A stretch of 64,000 nucleotides of DNA from Candidatus Nealsonbacteria bacterium. GTDB lineage: Bacteria > Patescibacteriota > Minisyncoccia > Minisyncoccales > JANBVM01. Shown piece by piece: positions 20,101 to 26,625 of this stretch; position 1 is the stretch's first letter, and each line of letters starts with the position of its first letter. Location of the stretch: contig CP061210.1 in assembly GCA_026016225.1 (NCBI GenBank), forward strand, positions 258,000 through 321,999, read 5' to 3'. Below the pieces are notes generated by a model. It was not told where the DNA came from, searched no databases, and worked only from the letters and a program-made list of their open reading frames with translations. A program made the translations under genes and the position numbers.

Positions 20101-20891
20101 ACTTGAGCTTGTTGTTTGAATTCCTCACTAATTCCATGATTAGTAATATGAGGACCCCATTTGTCAAAAAGAGTAGCAAATTGAGATTCTATGTAGGACT
20201 CATTTTTTTCTTTTTTCTCATTAAAAAAGCGAAGAGTAAGTAATGGTTTAGCTGCCCAACCCATAACAATTTTTGCATCTTCCCAAGCTGTTTCGTGAGA
20301 TTCATTATTTCTTCTCATATCAAAATAAAACCATAAGCTATCATACAATTTTACTGTTCTTATATTTTCAAAGACAGTAAAGATATTAATAACTTTATTA
20401 GTAATTGAGAATGTATTTAAGGTAAGGGCTGCTGTTGGTCCCGTAATTGCCCCTGATATTACGCGTGGAATGTCGTAACCTATATTTGTGTAAAAATTAA
20501 TAAGATTTAAGCGTTCGTTTAAAACGCTGTTAAAGTAATTTCTTGCTTCTGTTTTGTATCTTTGAGAGACCACTAAATCTATTAATTCCATTTCATTTAA
20601 GGCGCTTAAAATAAGCAAGCCGTAGGTGACATTTGTCGATACTTCTCCAATGCCAATTGTTGTATTTAAAATGCTTTTTAGCTTATCTTCAGTAATGGTA
20701 AAATTCGTTAATGTTTTCATTAAATCTAAACCTGTTTTGATTTTTTCTACCTGCTTATCAGTAATTTTTATTCTTTTAGCAAAAACAAGACCTCCAAATA
20801 CAAAATTAGCGATTATTGATAGCGTAATCGCTAAAACAAAGCTTTTTTTTAGATAAGATTTAATTTCTTTAATATTGTTCTTTTTTACCAC
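17118..20891 (-). CDS. Giant membrane-anchored surface protein: helical/coiled-coil region, 2 lamin-tail domains, right-handed beta-helix
   Basis: N-terminal TM helix. INEIAWMGT...NEWIELKN (approx 19017-19433) and INEIAWMGTGASPNDEWIELYN (approx 18402-18917), separated by a G/P linker. The C-terminal half has N/S/G-rich PbH1-like repeats. Confidence 0.85.
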   Translation of the reverse strand: MVKKNNIKEIKSYLKKSFVLAITLSIIANFVFGGLVFAKRIKITDKQVEKIKTGLDLMKTLTNFTITEDKLKSILNTTIGIGEVSTNVTYGLLILSALNEMELIDLVVSQRYKTEARNYFNSVLNERLNLINFYTNIGYDIPRVISGAITGPTAALTLNTFSITNKVINIFTVFENIRTVKLYDSLWFYFDMRRNNESHETAWEDAKIVMGWAAKPLLTLRFFNEKKEKNESYIESQFATLFDKWGPHITNHGISEEFKQQAQVELRENLVYAIKKYELVEKEAGPSLFDKTKLSLANLLEGAKNVGSFISDVGKKSQSAIKKGFTRINLATQKLSHFIISFRSGTTAQLEETTEKLTRLDTDNLDEYIKETDSLKELKEQRIESEQKTTLSLEKIQKLLGDISERIDIFSQKENSIKQDIEKLSSIVEKFLEKIKKLENEIKEPEKEKQEEITQEKAEQKEGEQEQETEQILCQKIPSSSPVKDKVIINEIAWMGTVNSANNEWIELKNISGNEINLSGWQLLDKDKKIKIIFNNQHTIQPGGFLLLERTNDDSVPGLSADLIYTGAIGNTNEALYLFDENCHLQDEALAISNWQAGDNSSKKTMERKHNLEWQTSSNIGGTPKMENSSGYYVYYGGEGGGGGGTTPTPPPPPSLPPLKILINEIAWMGTGASPNDEWIELYNTSSTDIDLNNWTLSWSHGTTIHSIIFSTSTATTTTISGNGFYLLERTDDNTTLPDIAADQIYTGALNNKGEKIELRNAKGELIDVVDCSSGWFAGTTTPAYISMERIKADISGIDSTNWASNNLITRNGLDAKGNRINGTPKAENSVSKSETEISSSNILPFSEFEEITLTYLGSPYIINTRLHIPEDKILNVEPEVILKFAPTKLVFVEGCLKAVGKEGKEIIFTSNSNENWAGIMFKSNAPENQKVSQLEFLKIEKAKRCWDSNCTETIIISVYENSISFKDSVFENSSNATIGIWLNNSSSTIDKVSFSDFNTVLNEKYGKAVIIEGGTLGVKNCSFSGNYYGIYITNEANSKIEENIFRNNEKPIYFNAAHPFFRGNSAENNNYNGVLIGTEISTTTLYADLPYIFNNNGSGEGTLTLEPGVIIKLINQKRITIWGKLLARGTPAQPIIFTSLKDDVEGDTNNDGTGTQPASGNWANLYFHSSTTDSILENVIIRYGGTKHPPAGAITLGENVNISIKDSLIEKNIYAVSFLGNIDCQKIYETITQFEAQKTVFVFNDEDEKLTYPVCP

Positions 20892-21451
20892 TTTCCATTG
20901 TCAATAATATTTTCAATAAATTCTTCCGAACCACCTATTATTGCATAAATTACAGAATCTTTTTTGAAAAAATATGCAGACATACCAAGCAAAGGTACGT
21001 TCTCGTAACTTTTAATTACATCCAATTTTCCAACTTTGTCTTTACGGAAATCACCTATGAGACCAAAAGTCTCAAAGTTATTTTTTGTCCATATTTCTAA
21101 ATCTAAATTCTTTAAATTTTCTGTTTTAAATCTGTCGATAGCCATAATTCTAGACTCTCCCTTTTTTCCTTCAAAACCAATACTTGATGCTGTGTACCCT
21201 TTTTCTGTAGCTTCCGGCATGTATTTAATTTCTTCTATTCCTTCCCATTCCTTCGGTATTTCAAACTCATATCCATCTATTTTGTTCACCACTTTATAAT
21301 TACCGGTTAAGGTTTTTATTACTTTTATCCCCTCGGGTAAATTTTTATTTAAATCTTTTACATCCTTTTGGTTTTGCCAATAAAAAACCCCTCCAATAAT
21401 GAGGAGTAAAATAACAACAACCGGGATAATAAGTTTTTTAAACCTACCCAT
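20885..21451 (-). CDS. Small membrane-anchored hypothetical protein, overlaps the LTD gene start by 7 nt
   Basis: ORF with N-terminal TM helix (IIPVVVILLLIIGGVFYW). The overlap implies an operon. Confidence 0.55.
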   Translation of the reverse strand: MGRFKKLIIPVVVILLLIIGGVFYWQNQKDVKDLNKNLPEGIKVIKTLTGNYKVVNKIDGYEFEIPKEWEGIEEIKYMPEATEKGYTASSIGFEGKKGESRIMAIDRFKTENLKNLDLEIWTKNNFETFGLIGDFRKDKVGKLDVIKSYENVPLLGMSAYFFKKDSVIYAIIGGSEEFIENIIDNGKW

Positions 21452-21463
21452 ATTTTCTTAATT

Positions 21464-21539
21464 TTACAAACCTTAAACAAAAAAACAACTCTAAAGCTGT
21501 GGAAAACTCAATTCGTTACTGTATCATCTTCGACTATAT
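21464..21539. repeat. 76-bp direct repeat, copy 1 (promoter region of the LTD operon)
   Basis: Identical base-for-base to 23207-23282. Confidence 0.95.
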
Positions 21540-21605
21540 GTATATGCTTTAAGGGGAAAATTGGGGTCTTTTGAGAGCGTCCCGGAACGCCTCTTAGTCG
21601 GAACC

Positions 21606-21836
21606 TCAGATTCTTTTTAAAATCTCAAGGTATTTCTTAGAACTAATACCTAGAATTCTTAAGTTATTCCGAATAACAAAAACCGGTAGTTCTTTCTCTC
21701 GAGGAATAACTACCGGCCGTTTTAAGTCCTCCCTCCAATAAATTCGGTGGTCCCCCTTTGCTCTTTCAAAACGACAACCAATAAATAGAAGAAACTTTTC
21801 AAATTTTTTCCAATGAATGGGAGTCAAACGAGCCAT
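21606..21836 (-). CDS. hicA: HicA-family mRNA interferase toxin
   Basis: 76 aa; ...FERAKGDHRIYWRE...VVIPREKELPVFVIRNNLRILGIS matches the YcfA/HicA pattern. Confidence 0.85.
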   Translation of the reverse strand: MARLTPIHWKKFEKFLLFIGCRFERAKGDHRIYWREDLKRPVVIPREKELPVFVIRNNLRILGISSKKYLEILKRI

Positions 21837-21839
21837 ATG

Positions 21840-22127
21840 TTATCTAGCCGGGACCCGAACAGTTTGAGATTCTTGCGAAACGACTACTGGCGGAGTCCAT
21901 TTTCTTTGAACTTTTCTCCATCCCAAGTCTCGCAAAACATCGTCTAATGTGCCTTTTTTGATAAGCTCTTCAAAAAAAATATTAACGATTTCATTAAATC
22001 GTTCTCTTACTTTCTCAAAAGAATTAGCTGAAGTAGATAAATCTAGTGCTGGAGTATGGGCAACAAATTTTTTGCCTTCTCGAAGTATAGAAACTGGAAG
22101 GCTAATCTCTAACATAACCTTTCTCAT
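21840..22127 (-). CDS. hicB: HicB-like (UPF0150) antitoxin
   Basis: 95 aa; ...EGKKFVAHTPALDLSTSANSFEKVRERFNE...; sits 3 nt upstream of hicA. Confidence 0.75.
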   Translation of the reverse strand: MRKVMLEISLPVSILREGKKFVAHTPALDLSTSANSFEKVRERFNEIVNIFFEELIKKGTLDDVLRDLGWRKVQRKWTPPVVVSQESQTVRVPAR

Positions 22128-22135
22128 ACAATTTA

Positions 22136-22164
22136 ATATTATCGAAATAAGAAAATGGTGTCAA
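22136..22164 (-). promoter_or_regulatory. hicBA promoter TTGACA-N17-TAATAT, ATG 8 nt after the -10
   Basis: Read on the minus strand. Confidence 0.55.
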
Positions 22165-22180
22165 CTCTGATTTTCTCGTT

Positions 22181-22223
22181 CTACCAAAAAACCGTCCGAG
22201 AGGCGATTTTTTATGCCTCTCGG
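22181..22223 (-). terminator. Intrinsic terminator after the NYN gene (CCGAGAGGC/GCCTCTCGG + T6)
   Basis: 9-bp GC stem followed by a T-run on the minus strand. Confidence 0.65.
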
Positions 22224-22286
22224 TCCTTGAACCGAGTACAGGGTTGCTCCGCTGGCTGGACGCTATTAGAACCTGTTTGCTTGAAA

Positions 22287-22859
22287 TTATAATAAAGTCT
22301 TCTCTTTAAATTTTTCTATATCTTCTGGCAACAAAAGTCTTGATAGATTAGCGTATTTTTGTATTCCTAGAGACGGAGAGTGAGCAAAGCCGACATATTC
22401 AATCTTTTTACCTTTGTATTTTACATATCTTATGGCTGGAATTAAATCGGTATCAGAACTTACTAAAATAGCTGTATCATATAAATCATCAACAGCACCA
22501 ACAATTAAATCTACTGCGATTTTAACATCCGTACCTTTTTCTTTATAGGTTTTATCAATTGGCATTATTCTACCGCGTTTAATAATAAAACCATCATTTT
22601 TAAGATTTGAAAAGAATTTTTGCTGCCCTCTTACAAGGTTTTTACTCTTATCAGTTCCATCAAGATTTCTAAAAACTCCAGTATAATATCTTTTTGAAAC
22701 AAGTTTTCTTTTGTCACCAACTAAAAAATTTACGAACTTTTTAAAGTCAAATTTCGTTCCCCTTGGGAAAGCTATCTCTTTATCTTTTAGATAGCCATAA
22801 AAATTACTGCCATCTATATAAACAGCAACTTTTTCTTTTTTATTTTTAAAAATATCCAT
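22287..22859 (-). CDS. Stand-alone NYN (LabA-like, PIN-fold) nuclease domain protein
   Basis: VAVYIDGSNFYGYL and VSSDTDLIPAIRYV motifs. Confidence 0.85.
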   Translation of the reverse strand: MDIFKNKKEKVAVYIDGSNFYGYLKDKEIAFPRGTKFDFKKFVNFLVGDKRKLVSKRYYTGVFRNLDGTDKSKNLVRGQQKFFSNLKNDGFIIKRGRIMPIDKTYKEKGTDVKIAVDLIVGAVDDLYDTAILVSSDTDLIPAIRYVKYKGKKIEYVGFAHSPSLGIQKYANLSRLLLPEDIEKFKEKTLL

Positions 22860-22872
22860 ATGAGGCTATTAT

Positions 22873-22947
22873 AAGAACCATGCCTTCGGCAGAACCTTGA
22901 TTCTCGCTTCGCTCGAATTAAGAACCATACCTTCGGCAGAACCTTGA
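22873..22947. repeat. Two 28-nt direct repeats (27/28 identical) with a 19-nt spacer that holds TCGCTTCGCTC
   Basis: 22873-22900 and 22920-47. The first repeat plus the spacer is homologous to 15634-15688. Confidence 0.9.
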
Positions 22948-23006
22948 AATTAAACTTCTATTTACGCAAAAAATTAATGTAGTTTAATTATAAAACGATT
23001 TGAAAT

Positions 23007-23080
23007 AAAAAACTACCCTTGCCGAAGCAGGGGTAGTGTGCATAGTAGTTGTATTATAGTTCTTCTGTATTTGTTGTCAA
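23007..23080 (-). ncRNA. Candidate ~40-nt transcript: TTGACA-N16-TATAAT followed by a UUCG hairpin and T6
   Basis: -35 at 23075-80, -10 at 23053-58, hairpin 23013-36, T-run 23007-12 (minus strand). No ORF. Confidence 0.3.
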
Positions 23081-23206
23081 GCTTTTCTTGTGGAAAAAAT
23101 TAACTTTTCAAAGTCAGATTAACAACTAAGAGTTCGAATGTCTTGTTCGGGGTATTTGAATTTGAACACCGCTCGGGGGATAGGATTCGAACTGATATGA
23201 AATATC

Positions 23207-23282
23207 TTACAAACCTTAAACAAAAAAACAACTCTAAAGCTGTGGAAAACTCAATTCGTTACTGTATCATCTTCGACTATAT
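23207..23282. repeat. 76-bp direct repeat, copy 2
   Basis: Identical to 21464-21539. Confidence 0.95.
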
Positions 23283-23351
23283 TTAGAAGCTTTTTTTATT
23301 TTATGTTAGAATTAACAAATTAAAACAAAACTTTTGTTATTGAACAAAAGG

Positions 23352-24293
23352 ATGTATTTTTTAGTTATGGAGCAGTTTTTTAAAGATTTTTTTCAAGGAC
23401 ATAAAAAGAAAATAATTGGTTTTTCTTTTTTAAGAATTTTTGCTTTTGTGCAGGTGCTTTTCTGGCCTTATGCTTTTTCTAAGATTGTAAACATAATGAG
23501 TAGAAATCCGGAGGATTGGAGAAAAGCTCTTATCTGGGCTGGGGCTATGATTTTTAATAAGGTATTGGAAGATTTTATAAGACTAAAAGCAAAATTTGAA
23601 TTGGAAAAAATTGGGACAAGATTACAAATTTCCTTAGCTACTTTCTTCTCTGAAAAAACAGAAATTCGTGAGTACAAAAAAACAGGAGAATCAGTGCAGG
23701 CAATTAAAAAAGCTTCAGAAGACATTTCTTCTTTAATAGAGTTTTATAAAGACAACTTGTTAAAATTACCGGTAAACTTTATTATAATTCCATTTATACT
23801 TTATAAGGCAAGCATAGATTACTTAATTTTATTATTAATATATGGGATTTTATACCTGGGAATTGAGTATTTTGCAGTTAATCTTTATCGCAAAAAGTTA
23901 AAAAAATACTTTAAAGCATCTGAGATTTTTTGGGGGACCACTTATCGAAAAGTACCCGAAGTCTGGAGACGAAGGGAAGACGGTGGTATTTTCGCAAGAA
24001 GAGTTAATAAAGAAGGAAAAAACCTTTATCAGACAACAGTTTCTGCTGATAGTATGAATAGGTGGCGATGGTCTGCTTTGCAATCCCTGTCCAGTGCCAG
24101 CATAGGTGCAGTTATTTTATTCGTTATTTATAGAATAATAAACAATAGTGCTCCGGTTGGAGACTTGATTTTGGTAGCTGGTTATTTTAAAGAAACACAG
24201 ACTACTCTTAACATTATTACCACTGCTTTTAGCCAAATCATCTACGCAAGAATATCTTTAAAAAGACTTGACAAAGCAGTAAAGATTAGATAA
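23352..24293 (+). CDS. ABC-exporter-type transmembrane domain protein with no ATPase domain
   Basis: Six predicted helices typical of a type I exporter TMD. Ends ...ARISLKRLDKAVKIR*, where the NBD normally begins. Confidence 0.6.
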   Translation: MYFLVMEQFFKDFFQGHKKKIIGFSFLRIFAFVQVLFWPYAFSKIVNIMSRNPEDWRKALIWAGAMIFNKVLEDFIRLKAKFELEKIGTRLQISLATFFSEKTEIREYKKTGESVQAIKKASEDISSLIEFYKDNLLKLPVNFIIIPFILYKASIDYLILLLIYGILYLGIEYFAVNLYRKKLKKYFKASEIFWGTTYRKVPEVWRRREDGGIFARRVNKEGKNLYQTTVSADSMNRWRWSALQSLSSASIGAVILFVIYRIINNSAPVGDLILVAGYFKETQTTLNIITTAFSQIIYARISLKRLDKAVKIR

Positions 24294-24347
24294 ATAAAGA
24301 TTTTGACCTGTCTTTTTATTTTTGTTATAGTTTTTAAATCGCTTATT

Positions 24348-24983
24348 ATGGAAGAAAATAAAGAAAATAATTTTGGTAAAAATTATCTGGTTCAAATTAC
24401 AAATGAGCTTTATCGTTTAACTTTGCTTTTTCCCAAAAAAGAACCTTTAAGATATAAGATGAGGGAGTTATCTGATGATGTCCTGGCTAATTTTGTTTCT
24501 CTTCCTCAGGAAGATAATAATCCAACTAAGATTAAGATTGTAAAGGATTCAAAAAAAATGATTGAGGTCCTTGATAGTTTTTTTGATATTGTGAAAACTC
24601 AAGATTGGGTTAGAGCTTCTGATATATTGAACCTCCAGGAGGAATATAGTAAAATAGGGGAAGAATTGCTGAAATTTCAGGAAGAAGAGAAGATAAAAAA
24701 AGCCCGGAAACAAGAGGAGAAAATAGATGATGAAGTTAGAGAGATTTCTATTTTGAAAAAGGAAGAAGAAAAACCAATATCTGAACGACAGAAAAAGCTT
24801 TTAAAAGTTCTGGAGGAGAAAGGAAAAATGCAGGTTTGGGAAATAAAGGACATTTTTTCAGAAGTGAGTAAAAGAACGCTAAGGAGAGATTTTAGGAGTT
24901 TATTGAAAAATGGTTTGGTAGAAAGAATAGGAGAGAGAAACAATACTTTTTACCAGATTAAAGGTAGGACAGAATCAATATAG
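24348..24983 (+). CDS. Four-helix-bundle (23S rRNA IVS-like) N-domain fused to a DeoR-like winged HTH
   Basis: LFPKKEPLRYKMRELSDDVLANF; C-terminal SERQKKLLKVLEE...VSKRTLRRDFRSLLKNGLVERIG. Confidence 0.55.
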   Translation: MEENKENNFGKNYLVQITNELYRLTLLFPKKEPLRYKMRELSDDVLANFVSLPQEDNNPTKIKIVKDSKKMIEVLDSFFDIVKTQDWVRASDILNLQEEYSKIGEELLKFQEEEKIKKARKQEEKIDDEVREISILKKEEEKPISERQKKLLKVLEEKGKMQVWEIKDIFSEVSKRTLRRDFRSLLKNGLVERIGERNNTFYQIKGRTESI

Positions 24984-25039
24984 GTAGGACAGAGATAGGA
25001 CAAATTGGTTTTTCTTAGTTGTCCATATCTTATGTCCTA
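24965..25039. promoter_or_regulatory. Array of five TAGGACA/TGTCCTA heptamers between the HTH gene and the sigma gene
   Basis: Direct copies at 24965, 24985 and 24996. Inverted copies at 25020 (TGTCCAT) and 25033 (TGTCCTA). Confidence 0.5.
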
Positions 25040-25078
25040 TCATTATTAATTATTTTAAATCAAATTTTTTGACTTTTT

Positions 25079-25594
25079 ATGAGTAATCCACGAGAGAAAT
25101 TCAGTAAAATCTATGATAAGTATATAGATAAAATCTATAGGTTTGTCTTTTTAAAAGTAAGTTCTCAAGAAATAGCTGAAGATTTAACTTCCGAAGCTTT
25201 TTCAAAAACCTGGACAGTTTTTAAGAAAAAAAGTCAGGAAATTGAGAATATTCAGGCATTTTTATATAAAACTGCCAGAAATTTAGTTACTGACCATTAT
25301 AGACAGAAAGGCAGAATTCGTATTGTTTCTGCTGATAATCCCTTTATAATTGATCCGGGGCAGAACTTAGAAGAAGAATCCAAATTAAACTCAGATATTG
25401 AGAGTATTAAAAAAGACATATCTGATTTAAAAGATGACTATCAGAATGTCCTTATTTGGCATTACGTAGATGACCTATCTATTGATGAGATGTCTGCACT
25501 TTTAGGTAGGACAAACGGGGCTACTCGTGTTTTACTTCATAGAGCTTTAAAATCTTTAAAAAAAGCCTTAAAAACTAAGATAAGAGAGGTGTAA
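25079..25594 (+). CDS. ECF-type sigma-70 family sigma factor
   Basis: Region 2 (IYRFVFLKV...AEDLTSEAF) and region 4 (LSIDEMSALLGRTNGATRVLLHRA). Confidence 0.85.
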   Translation: MSNPREKFSKIYDKYIDKIYRFVFLKVSSQEIAEDLTSEAFSKTWTVFKKKSQEIENIQAFLYKTARNLVTDHYRQKGRIRIVSADNPFIIDPGQNLEEESKLNSDIESIKKDISDLKDDYQNVLIWHYVDDLSIDEMSALLGRTNGATRVLLHRALKSLKKALKTKIREV

Positions 25595-25626
25595 CAAAAT
25601 CTATCCTATTTCGTCATAATATAGAT

Positions 25627-25648
25627 AATCCTGAAACAGGATTTTTTT
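25627..25648 (+). terminator. Intrinsic terminator (AATCCTG-AAA-CAGGATT + T7)
   Basis: Read directly. Confidence 0.7.
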
Positions 25649-25702
25649 AAGGGTTTTGGATAACCAGTCGCTTCGCTCCTTGTAATTGTTTCGCAATTAA
25701 GT

Positions 25703-26386
25703 ATGACTGAGAACCAACTAATTAAAAAAATAAAAAGACTAAAAGCTATCAAGCCCAGAAGAAACTGGGTTTTATTGAATAAAAAGCAGATTTTGGGAGA
25801 AGAAAGAAGAATTGAAATATTTCCATTTTTTAGACCAGTTTATGCTGGTTTGTTTTGTTTATTGTTTTTAGCTGGTCTTTTTGAATTTTCCCAGAATGCG
25901 TTGCCTGGTGAATTTCTATACTATTTAAAAAAGATTACAGAAAGAAGCCAGCTCATCTTGTCTTCTGAGGAAGAAAGGCCCGGATTGAACTTAGAGTTGG
26001 TCAACAAGAGATTAGAGGAATTAAACCAGATTGCCCAGAATAATGAAGTGAGGAAATTAGCGCCAGCTTTAAAGGAATATCAGGCAAGCGTTTTTGAAGC
26101 AGTTAAAAGCTTGACAAAGATAACAGCTACTACCTCTGATTCGTTGGTAATAAAGGGGATAGCTGAAAAAACCCAAAAATTAGAAGAAAACAAGGAAATA
26201 TTAGGGACGTTATTGGAAATTGATGAAAAATTAAATCCTGTTAAAGTAGTGGCGGAATTGCTGATTAAAGACATGGAAAAAACCTTTTTAACTGAAGAAG
26301 ATGAGGAGATTTTAGAACAAGCAAAACAAGATTTTGAAAATGGAAATTATTCTGAGGCTCTGGAGAGGATTTTGTTAAATCAATAA
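25703..26386 (+). CDS. Single-pass membrane protein, probable anti-sigma partner (DUF5667-like)
   Basis: TM helix followed by LPGEFLYYLKKITE. Sits after the ECF sigma gene. Confidence 0.45.
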   Translation: MTENQLIKKIKRLKAIKPRRNWVLLNKKQILGEERRIEIFPFFRPVYAGLFCLLFLAGLFEFSQNALPGEFLYYLKKITERSQLILSSEEERPGLNLELVNKRLEELNQIAQNNEVRKLAPALKEYQASVFEAVKSLTKITATTSDSLVIKGIAEKTQKLEENKEILGTLLEIDEKLNPVKVVAELLIKDMEKTFLTEEDEEILEQAKQDFENGNYSEALERILLNQ

Positions 26387-26625
26387 ATATGGAGAGAATT
26401 GATACTTTTCCAACAGGTATTTTCTTTACAATTTGCTAAAATTTAAAATTAGAAAATTAAAAGTCGCACTCGTGGCTAATACGTAAGGTCGCGAGCAACC
26501 TTGGTTAGATAGAGCTCAATTATTTGAGCTTGTGATATTTCTACTATCTAATGTCTAACAGGGTAAATTGGTCGACGCGATGGAAATAAATAAAAAATTA
26601 ACAAACAAAAGACTTAAAGAAAAAA

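Noticed and set aside
23101-23200. Possible tRNA gene suggested by GTTCGAAT T-loop-like motifs
   Set aside because: I could not build an acceptor stem, D-arm or anticodon arm on either strand. It is kept only as a possible tRNA-derived fragment.
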